Positions 36,985 to 46,214 of a stretch of DNA of 62,249 bases are shown piece by piece. The notes below the pieces were generated by a model. That model had not been told where the DNA came from and did no database searches. It was given only the letters and a program-made list of their open reading frames with translations. Source of the stretch: Nitrososphaera sp. (GTDB lineage Archaea > Thermoproteota > Nitrososphaeria > Nitrososphaerales > Nitrososphaeraceae); contig DATDKS010000134.1 of assembly GCA_036519825.1 (NCBI GenBank), positions 1 through 62,249 on the forward strand, written 5' to 3'. The stretch's first letter is position 1. Every line of letters starts with the position of its first letter. Made by a program: the position numbers and the translations under genes.

Positions 36985-37536
36985 ATGTATGTGAGGCATA
37001 TTCTTGCTAGTAAAGAATTGTCCAACTTGTCATTACTCATAGTCCCAATTTGCATTATTTTTCTCAGTCAGATAGGCCCAGCTTATGGCCACTTTTTCGG
37101 AGCAACAAAAAACATAGACAACTACCAGGTGGTATTCTCGCCAAGTCCTTCTATACCTATTGTAGGCGATAATTCCACATCGCTGAACTTTAGCGTGCTG
37201 GAAAATAACACCAACATTTACAATATCTATAGTGCGCTAGTCGTGACCGACAAGCAATCGGGTGATATCGTAGGCCAAGTGCCGTATAAGTTTCAAGAGT
37301 TCAGTGACATCAACATCCCCTACAACTTTAATCATACAGGCGATTATGTAGTAACCCTACAAACTAGGATAGCTGGCGACCAAAAGTACCAAGACAGCCC
37401 ACTAGTAGCGAGCTTTGACATTTCGGCAGGCAACCAGCTGATACCATTTGATGAATTGATGATGTTCTATGTCGCACCGGCTACGGCGGTTGTAGCAGGC
37501 CTTGCTATATACTTACACTCCAAGAAAAGGCTCTAG
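36985..37536 (+). CDS. Secreted membrane-anchored protein with predicted mature N-terminal His
   Basis: PAYG|HFFGATK; F..TGDY; C-terminal TM plus KKR. Confidence 0.75.
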   Translation: MYVRHILASKELSNLSLLIVPICIIFLSQIGPAYGHFFGATKNIDNYQVVFSPSPSIPIVGDNSTSLNFSVLENNTNIYNIYSALVVTDKQSGDIVGQVPYKFQEFSDINIPYNFNHTGDYVVTLQTRIAGDQKYQDSPLVASFDISAGNQLIPFDELMMFYVAPATAVVAGLAIYLHSKKRL

Positions 37537-37746
37537 GCGATTCCTCTATGCGTATACTCCCGCAGACTAAATTAAGCTCAGAGACAAAGGACAACTAAAA
37601 GGGAAAAAGGATATCTGTGTGCCTTATTGCTCTTTGGCTTGAATAGTAATCAATTGTATATTTTTTTAAATTAACCCTGGAGATATTTTCACAGCGGAAT
37701 TATTATCATTTTTATTATTACTATTACCATGATTATTGCCAAATAA

Positions 37747-38316
37747 TTAGTCTCTCTCAAATTCGTCGTGCTTTCTAAATGCTCCGTAATATGCCAGCGT
37801 CACCAAAGCAAGCGCAATGATATACCAATTCGGTATCACAAAACTACCTATGTTTATAGCTCCAAGATGCATAGACGTCCAATCAGAGAATTGCATAAGC
37901 TGCCCGCCTTTTGGATCGTCTGCTAGAGGAACCAGCCACCTGTTGACAAACCATGCAAAGTCCTCGATTGTGATAGCAGCTACTAGATTGCCAAACCCAA
38001 GCATCAGCGCTTTTATTCTTTTGTGTCTTCCAAGTAACTTGAAGGCCATATCATCCCAAAGGGCAGCAAAGCTAATCAAAACAAAGATGAAAAGCATTGG
38101 GAACAAGTGATACTGATACATGTTGCCAACGATTGGTTTTGTTTCTCTGCTTCTGTCAAAGTTGGCATCATTTACTTCCACCTTTCCGTTAGAAATTTGC
38201 AACGCCGGATCCTTGATGTAATAGTATTCAAGGTGAGCAAATGATATGGCAAATATAGCACATATGACAGCAGTTGCGATGAATTCTATTTTCCTAGCAC
38301 CAAGTTGCTTGACCAT
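37747..38316 (-). CDS. Hypothetical membrane protein
   Basis: Four hydrophobic segments; YQYH, IEDFAWF, DWT, IPNWY. Confidence 0.7.
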   Translation of the reverse strand: MVKQLGARKIEFIATAVICAIFAISFAHLEYYYIKDPALQISNGKVEVNDANFDRSRETKPIVGNMYQYHLFPMLFIFVLISFAALWDDMAFKLLGRHKRIKALMLGFGNLVAAITIEDFAWFVNRWLVPLADDPKGGQLMQFSDWTSMHLGAINIGSFVIPNWYIIALALVTLAYYGAFRKHDEFERD

Positions 38317-38473
38317 GTATTCCCTACGGGACAGGTAGCCATGATCTTCAGATTCAGGTTTGATGAGAAAAATAAAGGCGATTATGAATTAAATCAGTTA
38401 TTTAAGATTCTTAGTGAGGTATACAATTGTGAACTTGAATGCATAGTTTATCTGTGATGTTATCGAAAGTTAA

Positions 38474-39586
38474 GTGAAAGTGCCTGTCGAGCAAAACATT
38501 AATGCTTCTGTGGTGACGCCTCAGAAGACTAGTCCCGCCGCCACCTCTATTAAGAGAACCTTTCAGAAAAGAAAAATGAAGTCAGTCAGGCAAAAGTATA
38601 TTGACACTGTATTAATAGTTAATCCAAATTCTAGCAGCGGCGTAACTGGAAAAGGATGGGATGATCTCTACTCTGAAATTAAGAATGTGCTAGGTAGTAA
38701 TCTTGAGGTTGCTTTGACTGAGAAGCCTGGTGATGGTTCTACGCTAGCACGACAATTTTTAAAACAAGGCTTCAAAAAAGTTCTAGCTATAGGAGGCGAT
38801 GGAACTCTAAATGAAGTCGCAAATGGTTTCTTTGAAGAACCTGTAGGAATACATTCAGACAAGATCAGTGGACAGGCAGAATCCGCTTCTTTGAAACCAA
38901 TAAATCCTGATGCAATAATGGGAGTTATACCGGCTGGCACAAGAAATGTTCTTGCCAAGTCTTTGGGCCTGCCCGAAGGAATTGTTGCATGTTGTGAGAG
39001 GTTTGATTCTGGCGAGCTAAAAAAAATAGACGCTATCTATGCCACTGCTACAAGTAAAGAAGACCCCTCCTCAACAACGAGTCGAATTTGTCTTAATGCT
39101 GCTGAGATGGGCATTGCAGGAGAGATAATTGAGAGGTCAAAGAAAGTCAGGGAGGTGGTTAACAGTAGGATTGTCTCCACAATTACAAGCATTGCTGCTA
39201 CCTTGCCAACCTATCAAAGCAATGAGTGCGAAGTATCTATTGATAACGATGGAAGGAAATTTGCTATTAAAATGACAATGGCAGTCGTTGCTAATGGTCA
39301 ATTCCTAGGGGGTGGATTCAAAGTAGCACCACAGGCCAACATGTCAGATGGGTTGCTTGATTTGGTCATAATAAAAGATTCTGGAGGCCTCAAAATGATA
39401 GATGAGCTCATTAACATGAAGGATGGCGATTACAAGGAAGAGGACAATATAGTATACAGACAGGTTAGAAAAGTCTCTTTAACATCAAAGGAAAGGGATG
39501 TTACTGTTACGGCCGATGGAGAGCCAATTGGAATTTTGCCTGCAACATTTGAAGTTATTCCCAATGCATTGACAGTAAAAATGTAA
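38474..39586 (+). CDS. Diacylglycerol kinase family (YegS/BmrU-like) lipid kinase
   Basis: IVNPNS, GGDGTLNEV, PAGTRN, NGQFLGGG, DGLLD, DGE; start uncertain. Confidence 0.88.
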   Translation: MKVPVEQNINASVVTPQKTSPAATSIKRTFQKRKMKSVRQKYIDTVLIVNPNSSSGVTGKGWDDLYSEIKNVLGSNLEVALTEKPGDGSTLARQFLKQGFKKVLAIGGDGTLNEVANGFFEEPVGIHSDKISGQAESASLKPINPDAIMGVIPAGTRNVLAKSLGLPEGIVACCERFDSGELKKIDAIYATATSKEDPSSTTSRICLNAAEMGIAGEIIERSKKVREVVNSRIVSTITSIAATLPTYQSNECEVSIDNDGRKFAIKMTMAVVANGQFLGGGFKVAPQANMSDGLLDLVIIKDSGGLKMIDELINMKDGDYKEEDNIVYRQVRKVSLTSKERDVTVTADGEPIGILPATFEVIPNALTVKM

Positions 39587-40137
39587 GTCTTAGGCTACCA
39601 ACATCTTCATAATCGTGCAGAAAATAGAACTTATAAATCGATATAGGACCAATTATTACTCCAATTCATGACTCATCAGTATATACTATGTACATTGTAC
39701 CTGTAAAAAGTGGATCAGGCAACGTTCATTTCGGCATTTGCAGCTCATTCTTACATTGTTCCCATTGTTATGCTTCTACAGTTATCTTCATTGTGTATTG
39801 TTGCTTATTCTAATCAGAAAACATAACACAACTGCTCTAGGTCTAATATGTTACTTGTCCCCTATCTCAAGAGTACAATGTATCATTTGCTAATGTTATG
39901 TTCAAAACAATTGGTCCAATAACAAGATTGGATAATGAATGAAAACTGAGAGTTTTAACTGATGTAATGGAGTATATATAACTACAGTTTTCCTGCCTCA
40001 CTAATAAACAAGCCACTACATTTGCACTAAATGCCACTCTTCTATCTCTCTATCTCTCTCTATCTCTACTAACATCCTTTCAATCCTGCTTGATATCTGA
40101 AGTTAAGCCAACATCGATTGAGAGCATTCAAGAAGAC

Positions 40138-40158
40138 GAAGAAGAAGAAGAAGAAGAA
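40138..40158. repeat. (GAA)7 microsatellite
   Basis: Read directly; a (TC/TA)-rich tract also lies at 40041-40068. Confidence 0.9.
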
Positions 40159-40232
40159 GAGTCTGCTCATTGACACATACCAGGCCAATCCTGCCCAAGC
40201 GAGGCGTATATATTAAGAAAGCGACAAATGAC

Positions 40233-40934
40233 TTGCAACGCATGCATATAGCACTTGGAGTAATTGTGGTTTCGATGTTGCTTATGCCTATTTTCGCATT
40301 TGCGCAGACCCAGCAGGATTTCCAGGTGGTCAAGTCGGAGAGGAGTGAAAGCTTTGTGTTTCCCTATACTGCTGCTAACCGCAACCAACAGGATCCTCTT
40401 GTATACACATTTGACGAGCCCAAGCAGCCAAATTGGATTGTCGCAATACAAAGCAATCTGTCCTATGTCCCAAGGGAAGGTGCCAGAACCATCATAAAGT
40501 TACAGGAGCCGGCACCAAGTGAAAAATACATTGAACTTGCGTTATACGGCGATCAATCAATGAGGTTCTGGGTGGCGGTAAATACCCCTGAAGCAGGATA
40601 CGCCAGAATGTATGAGAGTGAAAATGGCTGGTCAACCGAACAGCCCATATCTTTGACTCATACGGAAAACGGAGGTCTGACTGTCACAAATGGTATTAGA
40701 ACAGTAGTTGATAGACTTGATGTTAATGGCTTTGCAATTGGATCGATACAAGTCTATGGCAATGATAGAAACTCTACGCTTGCCAATGCTTATGCTGGCG
40801 ATCTCTCTTTCCAGGTTTATTACGGACGCGTCGACCAGTCCTCTATCTACTTTGTGCCAGCAGCAGTTGGAGCAGGGATATTCGGCCTCGTCGCAGGCCT
40901 TCTGATACTCAAGAAGAGAAAGCCTTCTGATTAG
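40233..40934 (+). CDS. Secreted membrane-anchored hypothetical protein
   Basis: Signal peptide ending AFA, beta-rich body, C-terminal TM plus KKRK; start TTG 40233 or ATG 40242. Confidence 0.7.
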   Translation: MQRMHIALGVIVVSMLLMPIFAFAQTQQDFQVVKSERSESFVFPYTAANRNQQDPLVYTFDEPKQPNWIVAIQSNLSYVPREGARTIIKLQEPAPSEKYIELALYGDQSMRFWVAVNTPEAGYARMYESENGWSTEQPISLTHTENGGLTVTNGIRTVVDRLDVNGFAIGSIQVYGNDRNSTLANAYAGDLSFQVYYGRVDQSSIYFVPAAVGAGIFGLVAGLLILKKRKPSD

Positions 40935-41604
40935 AGTAGCCGTAACTGTGATTGTAGTATTTGCATATCCCTTTTAGATCGCATATCTGGCATGTGGGTT
41001 TGACAGGCAGACAGATATTTTGCCCATAAATGACAAAAGTATTGTTTACCCTAGTCCACACCTCCCTGTCGACCGTTTTGTTCAGCTCCATCTCAGTCTG
41101 TGTCACCGTTTTGGTTCTGACAAGCCCAAGCCTGTTTGAAATCCGATGCACATGTACATCGACAGGTATTGCTGGTTTGTTGAAGGCATATACAAGCACA
41201 CAATTGGCTGTCTTTCTGCCCACTCCAGGCAATCCTAGCAGACTATCAAAGTCGTTAGGAACCTTACCTCGAAATTTGCTTACTATTATCTGTGAAACCT
41301 GCTTGATTCGCACTGCTTTGACATTGTAAAAGCCTATGCTGCGGATTAGATTCTTTATTTCGTCAATGTCAGCTGAGGCTATGTCGTCTGGTGTCTTGAA
41401 TCTTGCAAACAGTTTCTTGACAACCTTGGTAGTATTCTCGTCCCTTGTTCGTGCCGACAAAATAGTTCCGATAAGGATCTTGAAGGGGTCATTTTGTTCC
41501 TCCATCTGCAAGCCGCGGAGGGCAGTCAGGCGCTGCAGTTTTTTTTCGCGGCTGAGCGACCGCTCCATCTTTTTTAATATTGTACTCATAAAGTACCTTG
41601 TCAA
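40909..41604 (-). CDS. nth: Endonuclease III
   Basis: ILSART.D, HhH LPGVGRKTA, VDVHVHR, [4Fe-4S] CLPVKPTCQICDLKGIC. Confidence 0.93.
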   Translation of the reverse strand: MTRYFMSTILKKMERSLSREKKLQRLTALRGLQMEEQNDPFKILIGTILSARTRDENTTKVVKKLFARFKTPDDIASADIDEIKNLIRSIGFYNVKAVRIKQVSQIIVSKFRGKVPNDFDSLLGLPGVGRKTANCVLVYAFNKPAIPVDVHVHRISNRLGLVRTKTVTQTEMELNKTVDREVWTRVNNTFVIYGQNICLPVKPTCQICDLKGICKYYNHSYGYSNQKAFSS

Positions 41605-41831
41605 TTGGATTAGCTTGGCTGCAAAGGGTATAATTCTGTAGTGGTGATGGCTCTTGAGGTCGATTTCTTAAATCCCAATATTCTGTTGTAGATAGAAAGC
41701 ACCAAAGTGATATTCCCTAAGTCAATTTTGGTTGTTAGTAATGTTGGCAAAGCCGTGTGTGTCTCTTTTTTTTATTTTGGAGCATTAAAAATTGCTCTAG
41801 CTCGTTTATTATTGAACATAAGGGGACTGTC

Positions 41832-42977
41832 TTAATGATAGTAGTCTAGCAGACTTCTTTGAGCATTCTTCTCTCTTTGAATGATTTCTTCGCGTACTAG
41901 ATTGGTTACCAATAAGCCCACTTTTCTGACAGGCGGCCTATTTTCAGATATCTCAAACTTATCCAACAATCGACTTATAGCAGAAGAAATGCTCTCACTA
42001 TCATTTCGAAACTCCTCAAATGTAGTTACTCTGGTTTCTACTGAAAAATTCGTTCTTACAAGCTTAATGCCCACGGTTCTGAACAGATAGCCGTGTTCTT
42101 TGACCCTTTGGTAGATTTCATCAACTAACTCGTCAAGATGCCTATGAATCTTTTCTTTATCTCGAGTATAGACATCCAGGGTATTCTCGGTACTGAGAGA
42201 TACATTGTCGGTTCTTGCCGCTACGATCTCCTCATCAGTGCCGTTAGCGACTTTCCACATCCAATAACCATTTTTTCCAAACCGTTCTTTTAGTTTCTGA
42301 ACGTCAGCTTTGGCTAATTGTCCCAGTGTATAGATGCCCTTCTCTTTTAATGCATTTTGTGTTTTTGGCCCAATGCCGGCCACTGACCCGACATCGAGGG
42401 GCCCAAGAAATTTCCTTAGCTCGGTAGGATAAACTACAGTTAGACCATCAGGTTTCTCAAAATCAGACGCAATTTTTGCGGCGGATTTTGTTGATGTTAT
42501 TCCGATAGAGCATGACAGTCCACCACATTTGTCTTTAATTGTCTGCTTTATTCTTGTAGCATAGGTTTCGGGACTTTCGCTTTGGATTCTTGTTGTACAG
42601 TCCAAGAAGGCTTCATCTATACTAGCTTGTTCTAGAGTATCTGCATATCTTTGAATTGCATTCATCACCTGTTCTGATATCCCTCTATAGTAAGGTATAT
42701 CGACAGGATGTAGTATTAAATCCGGGCATAACGATTTAGCTTTTGAAAGTGACATGGCAGAGCTAACACCATATCTCCTCGCTTCGTATGAGCACGAAGA
42801 AACTGCTCCTTTCATGATATCTCCCTTTTTTTCATCTGTCATGATGACTGCATGAGCCTTTCCCTTCAATGAAGGGTCTCTTAGTTCCTCGCAGGACGGA
42901 TAAAAAGCATTCAAGTCAATACATGCAATGACTCTACCGATCCACTTTTCCCGGGAATTAAATATCTTCGTGCCCAA
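41832..42977 (-). CDS. dinB: Y-family DNA polymerase IV (Dpo4/DinB)
   Basis: IDLNAFY, SYEARRYGV, SIDEAFLD, AKIASDFEKPDG, GIGPKT. Confidence 0.95.
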   Translation of the reverse strand: MGTKIFNSREKWIGRVIACIDLNAFYPSCEELRDPSLKGKAHAVIMTDEKKGDIMKGAVSSCSYEARRYGVSSAMSLSKAKSLCPDLILHPVDIPYYRGISEQVMNAIQRYADTLEQASIDEAFLDCTTRIQSESPETYATRIKQTIKDKCGGLSCSIGITSTKSAAKIASDFEKPDGLTVVYPTELRKFLGPLDVGSVAGIGPKTQNALKEKGIYTLGQLAKADVQKLKERFGKNGYWMWKVANGTDEEIVAARTDNVSLSTENTLDVYTRDKEKIHRHLDELVDEIYQRVKEHGYLFRTVGIKLVRTNFSVETRVTTFEEFRNDSESISSAISRLLDKFEISENRPPVRKVGLLVTNLVREEIIQREKNAQRSLLDYYH

Positions 42978-43236
42978 TTACGATATAAGAGCAATTCTTG
43001 ATTTTAGTATTTCTGTAGTAGACTGCAATACTTTAGCTAAATGTCTACTTGCATTAATTTAGATTATTCTTTGCTCATCTGAGATAGATTGAAAGCACCC
43101 TCCAATTGTTCTGCAGGATTGAAGACTCTTTTTTTATGATAAAAGCTCGAACTATAGATTACATATTTAGTCTGAAACGGAAATTTGGAGTCTATATCGG
43201 GCCAAACTTCGATTTATAGGATATTTTCATAGCAGA

Positions 43237-46212
43237 TTATTCAATATATATCGCAGGCTTAAAAGGCCTTGCAGACTTTGCTCTTGATTTTGGATCATAT
43301 TTTGTGGAGTCTTCCTCGGAATAAACTACTATCTGTGCGTTGTTGATCTCATCTGACAGAAGTGATTGGGCATCCTCTATTGCAGTTACTTCATTAAACC
43401 CTGTGAGCTTGAGCCGCCGGTTCCTTGCCTCAAGAGGCGCTGACAGAATGTCTTCTATCATTTTTTGCACCATCTTAGGGTCATTCTTGGCCTTTGCTGT
43501 TTCGGAGTTTGCAATTAGCTGCTTCATTATTTGGCCAAAATTTATCGTGCCATCTTGTATATTTGCAAGTATTGCCTTGTACACTTGTGTCTTCCAGTCA
43601 GCTGAACCATAAATTACAATTTTAGTTGCTGTTATTTTGGTGACCTTGACTATGTTTTGGACATCTGCAAGCAAGCTAGAGATGAGAAACTCCGATTCTT
43701 CTGCCATTATGTCTATCTTTTCTTCCTCCACTGCAGGCCACTCTGCTGTAGTTATTGATTGCCTGTTGCCCATGCGTTCCCACACTTCTTCTGCTGTAAA
43801 GGGTGCAAACGGCGCAAGCATCCTGATCTGAAGGTTGAGAAATTCTACAAGCATTCCAGTTATGTTTTGGCGTTTTCTAGCAGCAGCTCTCTTCAGATAC
43901 CATTGCAGGTCTCGGTCAAGTGAATATAAGACATAGTATATTGCTTCCCTTATCCGCAATCTGTCCATGGAAGCCGATGTCTCTGCTATCGTACGCTGGA
44001 GCCGACTGGCAAGCCACTTATCTTCCAGCAGCTGCTGCTCTTGTTTTTGATGCTCAGTTTCCTGGTGAGGTGGCCTATTCTTGCACTTTTCTACCATTTC
44101 AAAAATGCCAAGAAGTTTCAACCTAATGCCGCGAACTGTATCAAAGGAAAAGTCGGCGTCTTGAAGTATTTCTGCGGAGACCAACATTGCAACCCTGATT
44201 ATGTCTGCTCCATATTCTCTGATTGCGGCCCGAAGCGGGATGATATTGCCAAGCGACTTGCTCATTTTCTTGCCTTCCATCAGAACAGACCCGTTGACTA
44301 CTATTTGCCGTGGCCAGTTTTTCTCGTCAAAAATGGCTACGTGGTTAAAGATAAAGAAGGTGAGATGATTTGGAACAAGGTCGCGCCCTGAGTGACGTGA
44401 GTCTACAGGATAAAAGTAGCTGAATTCGTTTTTTATCTGTTCTACAGTATATGCCGCAACCTTGCACTCTTTGGCAACGTGATCTGCGCTACCGGTACCA
44501 AGCAGGACATAGTCAAAGAATGAATCGGTGATGTTGTCCATGTCATCATCGCTTATAGCTTTGCTATTGACATATTTTGCAATAATATAATACGCCATGT
44601 AAATGACCGAATCTGATAAGCTCTCAACTATCCATTCCTTGTCCCACGGCAATTTGGTTCCAAGACCTGATTTTCTTGCGCAAGCCCGCTCGCGTAACCA
44701 GTCAATAACATAATCAAATTCCTGCCTGATGTCCTGGGGCAATATGTCCATGCTGTTTAGGCACCTATGTGCCAGTTCCTTCCATTCTCTATCGCTGTAG
44801 TTTAGAAACCACTGATCAGTCAGCAATTTGACCACACACTCAGCTCCGCACCTGCACTTTACTGGCTTGTTGACAAGCTCGTATGTTGTCTCTGCCCAGC
44901 CTGACTGCAAGAGCTCCTGCTTGATCTCATTCTTTGCTACGGCAACTGGCATGCCCGCAAACCTGCCGGTATTTTGTGTCATTCGACCTTTGTAGAATTC
45001 ATGGGAGTAAAGGTTGCTTGTCGCTTTTTCCAGTCCCTCGTCATCATCTTCATTATTATTATTATTATTATTCTGGCCAAAAGCGCCCACCTGTTTGATT
45101 GCTTCAGCAGCAGGGATGCCATTAGTGTACACTTCAGACTCGATTATTTTGATGGGGCGAATGTTGTTGTCGTCAACTGAAATATGAAACATTAGCTGTA
45201 GTTTTTTGTCTGATTTTAGAGTTTCGAGGGCCTTGTAGTCATATGGTGCATGTGCCGGTACTGACATCACGATTCCCGTGCCACTATCGGCTTCAACAAA
45301 AGACGCAGGATATATGGGCACAGAAGTATTGTTGAGGGGGTTGGTGGCATTCGAACCGATCATTTCGCTACCTCTGACTGTCTTTATGATCTCAACCTTG
45401 TGGTTCAGAAATTCTAGCTTTCTTGCTGCTTCCTTGCTTATGATCCAGTCTTGGCCATCGACTTGAGCCTGCACGTAGTCAACCTCAGGGTTGACCCATA
45501 TGTTAGTCACTCCAAAGAGCGTCTCTGGCCTGAGCGTTGCTGCAGGCAAGATGACAAGATTTCCATCACCACCTGACTTGAACTTGATTACCGTATATTC
45601 GTTGAAATCCGGCTCTACATCCCCTATCGTATCGTGCTGGCTAACAGGGTTCTGGTCACGCGGGCACCATCCAACAGGGTGCGAACCCTGCACTATCAAA
45701 CCTTTTTTGCGAAGAGTCCTAAACTGCCACGAGATGAACTTTGAATACATCCTGTCAATGGTGGTGAACTCGCGCCGCCAGTCAATAGAATAACCCATCT
45801 CCTTCATACCCTTCTTGATCTCAAGGTGGAAGTATCTTGCTATATTGACTGGCTCGACAAATGTTGAAATGATATCGTCTGATAGTTTGTATATTGTGTG
45901 AAACGTTTCCATCAGCTCAGCATCGTTGGCGGCAACCCTTCGCGACATGCCAAGGATAGGGGTGCCGGTATAGTGAAAGCCCATAGGGAAGAGTACGTTG
46001 TAGCCCTTCATCCTCATATAGCGAGCATGGGTGTCCGCAAGCGTGTATGTCCGGCCATGGCCAATATGCTGAGGCGAGTTTGGATAAGGATAGGCCACTG
46101 TCACAAAGTATTTTTCTCTGCTGCTGTCAGGGTCTGACTCAAAGATCCTTTGATTCTCCCATATCTCGATCCACTTGCTCTCTATAGAATTCCAGTCTAT
46201 GCGGACGCTCAC
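43237..46212 (-). CDS. leuS: Leucyl-tRNA synthetase (archaeal type)
   Basis: AYPY..HIGH, ATLRPET, GTGIVMSVPAHAP, ESLSDS, SGRDLVPNHL, KMSKS. Confidence 0.96.
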   Translation of the reverse strand: MSVRIDWNSIESKWIEIWENQRIFESDPDSSREKYFVTVAYPYPNSPQHIGHGRTYTLADTHARYMRMKGYNVLFPMGFHYTGTPILGMSRRVAANDAELMETFHTIYKLSDDIISTFVEPVNIARYFHLEIKKGMKEMGYSIDWRREFTTIDRMYSKFISWQFRTLRKKGLIVQGSHPVGWCPRDQNPVSQHDTIGDVEPDFNEYTVIKFKSGGDGNLVILPAATLRPETLFGVTNIWVNPEVDYVQAQVDGQDWIISKEAARKLEFLNHKVEIIKTVRGSEMIGSNATNPLNNTSVPIYPASFVEADSGTGIVMSVPAHAPYDYKALETLKSDKKLQLMFHISVDDNNIRPIKIIESEVYTNGIPAAEAIKQVGAFGQNNNNNNNEDDDEGLEKATSNLYSHEFYKGRMTQNTGRFAGMPVAVAKNEIKQELLQSGWAETTYELVNKPVKCRCGAECVVKLLTDQWFLNYSDREWKELAHRCLNSMDILPQDIRQEFDYVIDWLRERACARKSGLGTKLPWDKEWIVESLSDSVIYMAYYIIAKYVNSKAISDDDMDNITDSFFDYVLLGTGSADHVAKECKVAAYTVEQIKNEFSYFYPVDSRHSGRDLVPNHLTFFIFNHVAIFDEKNWPRQIVVNGSVLMEGKKMSKSLGNIIPLRAAIREYGADIIRVAMLVSAEILQDADFSFDTVRGIRLKLLGIFEMVEKCKNRPPHQETEHQKQEQQLLEDKWLASRLQRTIAETSASMDRLRIREAIYYVLYSLDRDLQWYLKRAAARKRQNITGMLVEFLNLQIRMLAPFAPFTAEEVWERMGNRQSITTAEWPAVEEEKIDIMAEESEFLISSLLADVQNIVKVTKITATKIVIYGSADWKTQVYKAILANIQDGTINFGQIMKQLIANSETAKAKNDPKMVQKMIEDILSAPLEARNRRLKLTGFNEVTAIEDAQSLLSDEINNAQIVVYSEEDSTKYDPKSRAKSARPFKPAIYIE
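45052..45072. repeat. (ATT)7 microsatellite inside leuS (poly-Asn)
   Basis: Encodes GQNNNNNNNEDDDEG. Confidence 0.9.
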
Positions 46213-46214
46213 AG

